Assembly: GCA_017391905.1 (NCBI GenBank)
Contig: JAFOWX010000025.1
Span: 12,943 to 76,942 of the forward strand
Length of the DNA stretch: 64,000 nt
Direction of reading: 5' to 3'
Origin: Paludibacteraceae bacterium
Lineage (GTDB): Bacteria; Bacteroidota; Bacteroidia; Bacteroidales; Paludibacteraceae
The notes under the pieces were generated by a model. That model worked only from the letters and a program-made list of their open reading frames with translations. It made no database searches and was not told where the DNA came from. Made by a program: the position numbers and the translations under genes. Shown piece after piece: positions 55,389 to 63,851 of this stretch. Within the stretch, counting starts at the first letter, position 1. Every line of letters begins with the position of its first letter.

Positions 55389-58025
55389 ATGGAAAACAAC
55401 ATGCGTATCATAATAAGCGGAGGCGGTACAGGAGGCCATATATTTCCTGCCGTATCCATAGCAAACGCCATTAAAGAACAATATCCTCAAGCCGAGATAT
55501 TGTTTATTGGTGCCGAAGGTCGTATGGAAATGGAAAAAGTACCGGCTGCCGGTTACAAAATAGTTGGATTGCCCATTCAAGGATTACACCGCTCGCTTAC
55601 CCTTAAAAACGTAACGGTGCTAAAAAAACTGTTTAAGAGCCTATCCAAAGCCAAACAAATCATCAAAGAATTTAACCCCCAAATTGCCATTGGCGTGGGC
55701 GGTTATGCCAGCGCACCGGTGTTGTACCAAGCTGCCAAGCAAGGTATTCCAACCCTTATTCAGGAGCAAAACTCGTACGCAGGCATTACCAATAAAATTT
55801 TAGGCAAAAAATGCCAAAAAGTGTGCGTAGCTTACGACCACATGGAACGTTTCTTTCCGGCTCAAAAAATTGTGATAACCGGCAACCCAGTTCGCCAAAA
55901 CCTATTGTCGCAACAGCTTAACAAAGAAGAAGCGTACCAATTCTTTGGCTTTTCGCCCAAAAAGAAAACCATACTGATTATTGGTGGTAGCTTAGGCGCA
56001 CGTACCATTAACCAAAGCATTTTGCAAAACATTGAAATTCTATCCAAAACACACCAAAGCGACTTGCAAGTTATTTGGCAAACGGGTAAATTTTACATAG
56101 ACAACATACGCAAAGAAACCGCTCACCTGCCCATTTCAAACATGGTGATTACGGATTTTATTGCACGCATGGATTTAGCCTATAGTATTGCCGATGTGGT
56201 TATCTCTCGCGCGGGAGCCAGCTCTATATCGGAGCTAAGTCTATTGCAAAAACCTTGTATATTGGTGCCTTCGCCCAATGTTTCGGAAGATCACCAAACC
56301 AAAAATGCCTTAGCGTTAGTAGAGCGCAACGCAGCCATTATGGTAACAGACAAGGATGCTCCTAATCAATTAATTAGCGAAACGTTATCGCTTATTCAAA
56401 ACGAGCATAAATTGGCGCAACTAAAAGAAAACATTGCCTATTTTGCACGCCCTTACGCGGCTGCCACCATTGCCAACGAGGCGTTTAAACTCATGGGGCT
56501 TCCTACACAAAAAATAGGCCCAAACAGCCCCGCACCAACTATTAAGCAAGAGCCAACCACGCAAAATCAAAGCGAAGAAAAGGTTGCCAAAAAAATACCT
56601 AACGCAGACGTCGCAACGATTGCATCAGAGAAAGCTCCTAAAGAGCCTACTCAATTACGCCAATATTTCTTTTTAGGCATTGGTGGCATTGGTATGAGTG
56701 CCATAGCCCGCTATTTTCACCAAAAAGGGCATTACGTAGGTGGCTACGATTTAACCGCTACCCCGCTTACCAAAGCGTTAGAAGACGAAGGTATTCCTGT
56801 ACACTACGAAGACAACATAAGCCGTATTCCGGTTAGGTTCATGGACCGAGACAACACAGTTATCATTTACACCCCGGCTGTTCCCGCAGACATGTCAGAA
56901 CGCCAGTTTTTTGAAAAAGGCGGATTTACCTTGCTAAAACGTTCCGAAATTTTGGGCGAATTAACCCGCGGACAACAAGCCCTTTGCGTGGCAGGCACAC
57001 ACGGTAAAACCACCACCTCAACCCTGCTTGCACACCTGTTGCAACAACGCAGCGAAGGCGTAAATGCCTTTTTAGGCGGTATTGCCAAAAATTACCGAAC
57101 CAACCTGCTTACCAGCGCTAAGAGCAACCAAGTGGTGGTAGAAGCCGACGAATACGACCGATCGTTTTTGCGCCTTACTCCGCACATGGCTGTTATTACC
57201 GCCACCGATGCAGACCACTTGGATATTTACGGCACACACCAAGCCCTATTGGATAGCTTTGCCCAATTTACCTCGCTTATCCAAGACAACGGTGCTTTGG
57301 TAGTAAAAAAAGGAATTCCCCTTACACCCAATACCAAAGCCAACGTAAAGGTATATACCTATTCGGCTACCCAAGAGGCAGATTTTTATGCCGAAAACAT
57401 TGTTACCCAAGACGGCAAAATATTCTTTGATTTTGTTTCGCCCACAGGCAGAATAGACCAAGTGGAATTAGGTGTACCGGTACTAATCAACGTAGAAAAT
57501 GCGGTTGCCGCCATGAGTATTGCCTACCTAAACGGTGTTAGCAACGAGTTGTTGCGCCAAGGCGTAGCCACGTTCCAAGGCAGCAAACGTCGCTTTGACA
57601 AACAAGTACAAACCAATAGCAAGGTGTACATTGACGACTACGCACACCACCCAGCCGAAATTGAGGCGTGCATCAAGTCCATTAAGCATTTGTACCCCAA
57701 CAAAAAGGTATGCGGTATTTTCCAACCACACCTTTACACCCGTACACGCGACTTTGCCGGCGAATTTGCCCAAAGCCTATCGGCCTTAGACGACGTTATT
57801 TTGTTGGAAATTTATCCTGCGCGCGAACTGCCTATTAAAGGCGTAAACGCAGCCCTTATTGCCAAACAAATAACCCACAAAAACAAAGTAATTGTAGCCA
57901 ACAAAGAAGACATTATAGAAGAACTGAAAAACCATTCGTTTGATGTATTGTTAAGCATAGGTGCCGGTAACATAGACCAATTGGTACCTAAAATTGCCCA
58001 ATACGTGGAATCCATTGCTCCATGA
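55389..58025 (+). CDS. murG/murC: fused MurG (undecaprenyl-PP-MurNAc-pentapeptide GlcNAc transferase) and MurC (UDP-MurNAc-L-alanine ligase)
   Basis: A single uninterrupted 878-aa frame. MurG carries SGGGTGGHIFP...SRAGASSISE. A linker of about 55 aa covers nt 56496-56660. MurC carries FFLGIGGIGMS, GTHGKTTT and DDYAHHP. Confidence 0.88.
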   Translation: MENNMRIIISGGGTGGHIFPAVSIANAIKEQYPQAEILFIGAEGRMEMEKVPAAGYKIVGLPIQGLHRSLTLKNVTVLKKLFKSLSKAKQIIKEFNPQIAIGVGGYASAPVLYQAAKQGIPTLIQEQNSYAGITNKILGKKCQKVCVAYDHMERFFPAQKIVITGNPVRQNLLSQQLNKEEAYQFFGFSPKKKTILIIGGSLGARTINQSILQNIEILSKTHQSDLQVIWQTGKFYIDNIRKETAHLPISNMVITDFIARMDLAYSIADVVISRAGASSISELSLLQKPCILVPSPNVSEDHQTKNALALVERNAAIMVTDKDAPNQLISETLSLIQNEHKLAQLKENIAYFARPYAAATIANEAFKLMGLPTQKIGPNSPAPTIKQEPTTQNQSEEKVAKKIPNADVATIASEKAPKEPTQLRQYFFLGIGGIGMSAIARYFHQKGHYVGGYDLTATPLTKALEDEGIPVHYEDNISRIPVRFMDRDNTVIIYTPAVPADMSERQFFEKGGFTLLKRSEILGELTRGQQALCVAGTHGKTTTSTLLAHLLQQRSEGVNAFLGGIAKNYRTNLLTSAKSNQVVVEADEYDRSFLRLTPHMAVITATDADHLDIYGTHQALLDSFAQFTSLIQDNGALVVKKGIPLTPNTKANVKVYTYSATQEADFYAENIVTQDGKIFFDFVSPTGRIDQVELGVPVLINVENAVAAMSIAYLNGVSNELLRQGVATFQGSKRRFDKQVQTNSKVYIDDYAHHPAEIEACIKSIKHLYPNKKVCGIFQPHLYTRTRDFAGEFAQSLSALDDVILLEIYPARELPIKGVNAALIAKQITHKNKVIVANKEDIIEELKNHSFDVLLSIGAGNIDQLVPKIAQYVESIAP

Positions 58026-58774
58026 AACCAAGAACCAAACAAATACTGCTAACCATCTGCACCGTAACTTGCATTACTGTGTTTGTAGGGTATTGTATCT
58101 TTGCCATTATCTATTTTTGCCAAGACAAAGAGTTGGTGGTTTGTGCCAACGTAGAGGTGTGCATAGAAGACAGTGCATCCTACCAGTTTGTACAACAAGC
58201 GGATGTTTATCAGTACATGCACAAAAAACACATTGCCCCCATTGGCAAACCCATAGGCATAAATCAATGCCACCAGATAGAAAAAACGTTGAGCCAAATG
58301 ACCCAAATTAAACAAGTGGAATGTTACATGGGCTACGACAGCACCCTATACATTCAATTGTGGCAACGTTACCCTATCTTTCGCGTAATGCCTGCCGTGG
58401 GCAAAAGCTACTACATAGACCGCGACCAAAAAAAGATGCCTACCACGGCAAACTTTACGGCCTATTTGCCGGTTGTTTCGGGTTATGTAAGCCTACAAGA
58501 GGCACAAACAGAGGTTTTTGACTTTGTACAATACCTATTAAACGACAATTTATGGAAATCCATGATAGCCGAAATTCACGTTAGCAAAGACAAGCAATTT
58601 ACGTTGGTAAGCAGGCAAGGTATTCCATACATTGAATTGGGCAGTTTGCAAGACTACCCGCAAAAGCTGAAAAAGTTGCGTGCATGGTACCAACAATACC
58701 CGCACAAAAACGACAGCAACATCTATAAAAAAATAACCATTACATACGATCAACTTATTTTTTGCGCAAAATAA
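58022..58774 (+). CDS. ftsQ: cell division protein FtsQ
   Basis: N-terminal TM helix followed by a POTRA-like domain. It lies between murC and ftsA and has an ATGA overlap with murC. Confidence 0.8.
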   Translation: MKPRTKQILLTICTVTCITVFVGYCIFAIIYFCQDKELVVCANVEVCIEDSASYQFVQQADVYQYMHKKHIAPIGKPIGINQCHQIEKTLSQMTQIKQVECYMGYDSTLYIQLWQRYPIFRVMPAVGKSYYIDRDQKKMPTTANFTAYLPVVSGYVSLQEAQTEVFDFVQYLLNDNLWKSMIAEIHVSKDKQFTLVSRQGIPYIELGSLQDYPQKLKKLRAWYQQYPHKNDSNIYKKITITYDQLIFCAK

Positions 58775-58776
58775 CC

Positions 58777-59814
58777 ATGAGTAAACCTGTATACATCGCA
58801 GCCATTGACATTGGCACCCACAGTACCATAGGAGCCATTGCCGAAAAGTTACCCAACAAGACCATTCAGATAAAGGCTGTTGAGGAAGTTCTCACACGCC
58901 CCAACTCCGTAGTGCAAGGGCGCATTAAAGACGTATCCAACACCCTGTTTGAGATAAAAAGCATCTGCAAAAAATTATACAACAAAACCAACATTTTCCC
59001 CAACAAGGTTTACATTTACAGCAGTTGGCTCACCAAAGAAGACAACTACGACGAATGGAAAAGGCTATTAGATTCCGTTAATAACAAACGAAAAGAATCC
59101 ATGACCTTTATCCCCATGCCCCAATTGTTGGCGTTAAAAGCGGATTTGTTTTTAACCCCTGCCGAACAAAACAACGGCAGTTTGCTTATTGACATGGGAG
59201 CAGGAACAACCTCGTACATCCTTCGTGCAAAAGGCAAAAACGACATAGCAGGTATGGTGGGTTTAGGTGGCTGGCTTATCAGCAACGACCTTACCTTTAA
59301 AGGCTTAACTTTTGAATATGCCGAAAAACTAAAATGCAAATTAGGCGATGCACAACCCGAAAAATTGGAATTTCCAAACCGCTACATCAGCCTAACACCC
59401 AATGGACCTTTTGACATTAACCAAAGCATCCAACTATTAGAACTGTCTAAAATGATAGAAGACAGGGTGGAAGACACCGCACGCCGCTTTATGGCCAAAC
59501 TCATTAAAGACGGCGAACTATCTGTAGCCGGTCGCAAAATTGTACTCACAGGCGGTGCGTGCAAGCTAAAACACATAGCCGATTGGTACAGCGCCAAAAG
59601 CCACGTGGAAGTACGTTTTGCCGATGCGCTAAACTTTATTGACAGCGACGATTTGAGTGTAGCATGCAACAAACCCAAATACCATACCCTGCTTGCCATG
59701 CTTATTAGCGGTACCGAAGACTGCCGCGTGGAAAAAAGCAGTTCTTGGTTTAAATTTCCCAAAGGGTCTAACATCAACAACGCCATAGACAATGCAATAG
59801 AAACCTTATTTTAA
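58777..59814 (+). CDS. ftsA: FtsA-like actin-fold ATPase, unusually short (345 aa)
   Basis: First ATG after the ftsQ stop. Phosphate-1 is AIDIGT, phosphate-2 is LIDMGAGTT at residue 139, and the adenosine motif is VLTGGACKL. It lies immediately upstream of ftsZ. Confidence 0.8.
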   Translation: MSKPVYIAAIDIGTHSTIGAIAEKLPNKTIQIKAVEEVLTRPNSVVQGRIKDVSNTLFEIKSICKKLYNKTNIFPNKVYIYSSWLTKEDNYDEWKRLLDSVNNKRKESMTFIPMPQLLALKADLFLTPAEQNNGSLLIDMGAGTTSYILRAKGKNDIAGMVGLGGWLISNDLTFKGLTFEYAEKLKCKLGDAQPEKLEFPNRYISLTPNGPFDINQSIQLLELSKMIEDRVEDTARRFMAKLIKDGELSVAGRKIVLTGGACKLKHIADWYSAKSHVEVRFADALNFIDSDDLSVACNKPKYHTLLAMLISGTEDCRVEKSSSWFKFPKGSNINNAIDNAIETLF

Positions 59815-59826
59815 CAATACAATACT

Positions 59827-61023
59827 ATGGAAACCAATATCGATCCCATTTTATTTAACGAGAAAAACGTATCAAACACCTTTATCAAGGTAATAGGCGC
59901 AGGCGGTGGCGGCAGCAACGCCGTAAACCGTATGTACAACTTTGGCATTAAAGATGTTTCGTACGCTATATTTAATACCGATATTCAAGACTTGGCAAAA
60001 TCGCCAGTGCCTGTAAAAGTACAATTAGGCGAATCTTCTACGCACGGTTTGGGAGCCGGAGGCCGTCCCGAAATTGGCAAAATGGCTGCCGAAGAAGACG
60101 TGGATAAAATCAAAACGGTTTTGTCCGATAATACCCGCATGGCGTTTATTACCGCCGGTATGGGTGGTGGTACCGGTACCGGGGCAGCTCCTGTTATAGC
60201 CCGCATTGCCAAAGACATGAACATCTTAACCGTGGGCATTGTTACCATACCATTTGAATTTGAAGGGAAACGCAAGTACGAAAAAGCCAAAGCCGGCTTG
60301 GAAGAAATGCGTAAAAACGTAGATGCGTTGTTGGTTATTGACAACCGCCAATTGGTAAAAATCTATGCCGATTACCGTTTGGACAATGCTTTTGCCAAAG
60401 CCGACGAAATTTTGAGCGATGCTACCAAAGGTATTGCAGACATCATCAACACTACGGGTTACATCAACGTTGACTTTGCAGACGTATCTACCATTATGCG
60501 CGATTGCGGCGTTGCCATTATGAACACCGGTTACGCTTCGGGACAACACCGCATAACCGAGGCCATAAAAGACGCCCTAAATTCGCCCCTACTACACGAC
60601 AACGACGTAAGAGGTGCCGAACGTGTGCTTATGTACATAAAAACCTCTAACGAACAACAATTAACCAGTGGCGAAACCGAAGAAATCACCAACTTTATCA
60701 ACAACATTGGTAGCGACATTGAATTTATCTGGGGTGCGTATTACGACGACAATTTGGAAGACGACATCAGCGTAACCATCATTGCCACCGGTTTTGAAAT
60801 AAAATCGCTTATTGACGAAAAACCGGCCGAAACACAAGCTGCGCCACAAACCACAGCGCAACCTTTTGTGTGGGGACCTCAACCTGCACCTGCTCCGGTT
60901 ACCACCGAAAAAAGCAACAAAGAAGAAGGACAAAGCGTGGATGCCATTGATTGGGACGACTGGGCCAACGACGATAACGACGACGAAGACATCAATACAC
61001 CTCCCAGCATGAGGGGCAAATAA
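59827..61023 (+). CDS. ftsZ: cell division GTPase FtsZ
   Basis: GAGGGGSNAV, and the tubulin signature GMGGGTGTGAAP. Confidence 0.97.
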   Translation: METNIDPILFNEKNVSNTFIKVIGAGGGGSNAVNRMYNFGIKDVSYAIFNTDIQDLAKSPVPVKVQLGESSTHGLGAGGRPEIGKMAAEEDVDKIKTVLSDNTRMAFITAGMGGGTGTGAAPVIARIAKDMNILTVGIVTIPFEFEGKRKYEKAKAGLEEMRKNVDALLVIDNRQLVKIYADYRLDNAFAKADEILSDATKGIADIINTTGYINVDFADVSTIMRDCGVAIMNTGYASGQHRITEAIKDALNSPLLHDNDVRGAERVLMYIKTSNEQQLTSGETEEITNFINNIGSDIEFIWGAYYDDNLEDDISVTIIATGFEIKSLIDEKPAETQAAPQTTAQPFVWGPQPAPAPVTTEKSNKEEGQSVDAIDWDDWANDDNDDEDINTPPSMRGK

Positions 61024-61030
61024 AACAAAA

Positions 61031-61050
61031 GGGGCTGAAAATTCAGCCCC
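61031..61050. terminator. bidirectional terminator between ftsZ and rubrerythrin
   Basis: GGGGCTGAA aa TTCAGCCCC, flanked by A-rich and T-rich runs. Confidence 0.8.
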
Positions 61051-61074
61051 TTTCTCATACCCTTATGTGTTAGA

Positions 61075-61620
61075 TTATTTGCCAAAATAACGGTCAAATA
61101 AACCTTTAAATCCGCGTCCGTGACGTGCTTCGTCTTTAGCCATTTCGTGAACGGTATCGTGAATAGCGTCCAAGTTCAATTCTTTAGCACGTTTTGCAAT
61201 ACGCATTTTGTCTGCGCAAGCGCCACTTTCTGCATTCATGCGTTTTTCCAAGTTGGTTTTGGTATCCCAAACCACTTCGCCTAACAATTCGGCAAATTTT
61301 GCACAGTGTTCTGCTTCTTCAAAAGCATAACGTTTAAACGCTTCGGCAATTTCTGGATAGCCTTCGCGGTCTGCTTGACGGCTCATAGCCAAGTACATAC
61401 CTACTTCTGTAGCTTCGCCCAAGAAATGTGCATTTAAGTCTTTTTTCATTTCGTCATCGGTATCGGCTGCAATACCAATTACGTGTTCGGTAACAAAGTT
61501 CAATTCAGACTCTATCAATTCGCTGAATTTTTCAGCTGGTTGTTTACATTGTGGGCAAATGGCAGGTGCGCTTTCTCCTTCGTGTACGTATCCACATACG
61601 CTGCAAATAAATTTTTTCAT
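61075..61620 (-). CDS. rbr: reverse rubrerythrin (N-terminal rubredoxin-like module plus ferritin-like diiron domain)
   Basis: N-terminal module [10 protein letters not shown]...CPQCK, then the diiron motifs EATEVGMY and EEAEHCAKF...EARH. Confidence 0.88.
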   Translation of the reverse strand: MKKFICSVCGYVHEGESAPAICPQCKQPAEKFSELIESELNFVTEHVIGIAADTDDEMKKDLNAHFLGEATEVGMYLAMSRQADREGYPEIAEAFKRYAFEEAEHCAKFAELLGEVVWDTKTNLEKRMNAESGACADKMRIAKRAKELNLDAIHDTVHEMAKDEARHGRGFKGLFDRYFGK

Positions 61621-61700
61621 AATTCTTTAGTATTAATTGTTGTTTGTTACTTGTCTATTAGTCGATGATTCGTACTCATCAGTACGTCACCGATTAGTCT

Positions 61701-61820
61701 TTATTTATTATTAGGAACTTCTTTAAATACTTTTGCGGGTTGTTTGCATTTTGGACAAATGGCTGGTGGTTGTTCGCCATAATGAACGTATCCACATACT
61801 GTACATACAAATTTTTTCAT
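61701..61820 (-). CDS. 39-aa rubredoxin-like (CxxC...CxxC) microprotein, not in the ORF track
   Basis: My translation: MKKFVCTVCGYVHYGEQPPAICPKCKQPAKVFKEVPNNK. It is about 70% identical to residues 1-35 of the adjacent rubrerythrin and starts 19 nt after the Fur-family gene's stop. Confidence 0.6.
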   Translation of the reverse strand: MKKFVCTVCGYVHYGEQPPAICPKCKQPAKVFKEVPNNK

Positions 61821-61839
61821 GGTTGCTATGTTTAATGGT

Positions 61840-62310
61840 TTAACTATTCAATTGTTTTAAGTGGCTGTCTGGCTCTGCACTTTCCTTTACTTTACCCTCC
61901 ATGTTATCCAAACATTCGTCGCAATAGCCTTTGTAATACACCTGGGTTTCTATGATGTTTAGGTTTTTGTACTTTTCCATGTGAACCTTGTCCAAGTAAA
62001 TGGGTGCCACATCGTGTACGCAACCGCAACCCAAGCAAATAAAGTGTGCATGTGGATCTATGCAAGCATCGTATCGCACATTTTTTTCGTCTATGGTAAG
62101 TTGCAAAATAGCTCCTTTTTCGGCCAATAACTTTAATGTACTGTAAACCGTTGTTTTAGAAAGCGTAGGCATATTGGGCGAAAGTGCGCTGAAAATTTCA
62201 TCTACCGTAGGATGCGTTCTGTTATTAAACAAGTAGTTCATAACAGCTATCCGTTGTATAGATGGCTTTACATCGTGCTTAATCAGATATGCTTTTACTT
62301 TTGACAACAT
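61840..62310 (-). CDS. Fur-family transcriptional regulator (PerR-like by context)
   Basis: Winged-helix N-terminus (PSIQRIAVMNYL...HPTVDEIF), CLGCGC...CDEC zinc sites, and a position upstream of rubrerythrin. Confidence 0.85.
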   Translation of the reverse strand: MLSKVKAYLIKHDVKPSIQRIAVMNYLFNNRTHPTVDEIFSALSPNMPTLSKTTVYSTLKLLAEKGAILQLTIDEKNVRYDACIDPHAHFICLGCGCVHDVAPIYLDKVHMEKYKNLNIIETQVYYKGYCDECLDNMEGKVKESAEPDSHLKQLNS

Positions 62311-62334
62311 TGTTACTTTGTAATCATTTCAGTT

Positions 62335-62344
62335 TTGAATTCAA
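62335..62344. promoter_or_regulatory. perfect 10-bp palindrome TTGAATTCAA just downstream of the Fur-family gene's -7 box (candidate operator)
   Basis: Read directly. It lies between the TATCTTTG box (62347-62354, minus strand) and the start at 62310. Confidence 0.3.
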
Positions 62345-62346
62345 TG

Positions 62347-62354
62347 CAAAGATA
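62347..62354 (-). promoter_or_regulatory. candidate -7 box TATCTTTG for the Fur-family/rubrerythrin operon
   Basis: TAnnTTTG on the minus strand, 37 nt upstream of the start. Confidence 0.4.
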
Positions 62355-62477
62355 GAGCATTTTTTTTATTCTCCAAAAATTTTTGCTGTTTTTTTGAAAA
62401 AATTAGCAAAAAAAGGTCTTTATGGTGCCGTTTTATGTTTAATTGCAGAAAAGAATACGTATTTGGGCAAAAATGAG

Positions 62478-62485
62478 TACATTTG
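62478..62485 (+). promoter_or_regulatory. candidate -7 box TACATTTG for the LptF/G gene
   Basis: The same TACATTTGCAC sequence as at recA. It ends 8 nt before the ATG at 62494. Confidence 0.4.
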
Positions 62486-62493
62486 CACCCGCT

Positions 62494-63573
62494 ATGCTAA
62501 AGAAAATAGATTTTTACATTATCAAAAAGTTTATGGGGACGTACATACTCTCCATCCTTCTTATCATTAGCATTGCCATTGTCATTGACATTACCGAAAA
62601 AATGGACAACTTCTACAAAGAAGGCCTAACCACAGAACAGATTATATTTGATTACTACATTTACTTTGTACCTTATTATATAAACCTGTTTAGTGCGCTA
62701 TTTACCTTTTTGTCGGTAATCTTTATCACCTCCAAGTTAGCGTACAATACAGAAATCATTGCCATGTTAGCAGGGGGCATCAGCTTTAAACGCATTGTGG
62801 TGCCTTATATGATTTCGGCAGCCCTTATTGCCGGTGCTACCTTTTATTTAAGCTCTGAGATTATTCCACCCGGCATACGCGAAAGGTTGCGGTTTGAGTC
62901 CGAATACATTTACCACGAAGCCTTTAAAGAAAGTACCAATCATAAACAAATCCAACTTTCCGGCAACGAGATTGCATACGTAGAACGTTACAACCTGAGC
63001 CGAGACGTAGGTTATAAATTTTCGTACGATAAATTTGAAGGGAAAAGACTAATAGAGCGTATCACAGCCCAACGCATTGAATACGATTCGCTCAACCATT
63101 GGACCGCCATAGACTACCAAAAACGGGTGTTTGATGATTTGCGCGAAACCATGACTACCGGCGATACGCTTAACATGGAATTGGACATGACACCGCGCGA
63201 CTTTGTTACCGTATTAAAAGAATACGAGCAACTAACCAACAAAGAATTGCGTGCCCACATAGAAACCCAAAGCAAACGCGGTGTAGGCGGACTTAGCGCC
63301 TACCAGTTGGAGTTGTACAAACGCTACGCCAGCCCCTTTGGTGCGTTTATCCTTACCCTTATTGGCGTTTCTGTTGCCTCGCGCAAAGTGCGTGGCGGCA
63401 CCGGCTACCACATTTTTGTGGGGTTAATGCTGAGTGTAACCTACATTCTTTTCAACCTTACTTCTGTTTCCTTTACGGTAAAAGGAGGAATACATCCGCT
63501 CATTGCCGTATGGACACCCAATGTACTATACCTCTGCATTGGCCTATACCTATACAAAAAAGCCCCCAAGTAG
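62494..63573 (+). CDS. LptF/LptG-family (YjgP/YjgQ) LPS export permease
   Basis: Start chosen at MLKKIDFYIIKKFMGTY, a typical family N-terminus. There are 6 TM segments with a large periplasmic loop. Confidence 0.85.
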   Translation: MLKKIDFYIIKKFMGTYILSILLIISIAIVIDITEKMDNFYKEGLTTEQIIFDYYIYFVPYYINLFSALFTFLSVIFITSKLAYNTEIIAMLAGGISFKRIVVPYMISAALIAGATFYLSSEIIPPGIRERLRFESEYIYHEAFKESTNHKQIQLSGNEIAYVERYNLSRDVGYKFSYDKFEGKRLIERITAQRIEYDSLNHWTAIDYQKRVFDDLRETMTTGDTLNMELDMTPRDFVTVLKEYEQLTNKELRAHIETQSKRGVGGLSAYQLELYKRYASPFGAFILTLIGVSVASRKVRGGTGYHIFVGLMLSVTYILFNLTSVSFTVKGGIHPLIAVWTPNVLYLCIGLYLYKKAPK

Positions 63574-63574
63574 T

Positions 63575-63808
63575 TTACTTGAAGGCATAAAAAAACCGTA
63601 CCGCCATTTTTGAATCCAAACTCAGAAATGAATAGGATTTGAGGCCCCGAAACTCTTTGTAATCTGCCCAATCCTTGCGGATAGCAGCACGCCATTGATA
63701 ACCCGGAGTAGCTCGTTTTAGTGAATAAAATGTTAAGTTAGCCAAAATGAGCGATACGGTACTACAAATGTAAGGCATAAAGTTGAGTTTTGCAACACCA
63801 AAGGCCAT
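63575..63808 (-). CDS. doubtful small ORF
   Basis: The ORF-track version starts at a GTG inside the upstream terminator loop, so I trimmed it to the first ATG. No family recognised. Confidence 0.2.
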   Translation of the reverse strand: MAFGVAKLNFMPYICSTVSLILANLTFYSLKRATPGYQWRAAIRKDWADYKEFRGLKSYSFLSLDSKMAVRFFYAFK

Positions 63809-63817
63809 TTTACGCAC

Positions 63818-63851
63818 AAAAAAAGCCAATCGGGCATGCACCCAATTGGCT
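63818..63851 (-). terminator. terminator of the partial gene at the right edge
   Basis: On the minus strand: AGCCAATTGGG tgcatg CCCGATTGGCT (one G-U pair), followed by a T7 run. Confidence 0.8.

Noticed and set aside
62443-62493. Upstream start for the LptF/G permease (MQKRIRIWAKMSTFAPA...).
   Set aside because: A TACATTTG -7 box lies inside the extension, and the family N-terminus matches MLKKIDFYIIKKF at 62494.
63705-63775. A tRNA-like 5' motif, GGAGTAGCTC.
   Set aside because: There is no D-arm closure, anticodon stem or GTTCRANYC T-loop, and no acceptor complement. It is not a tRNA.
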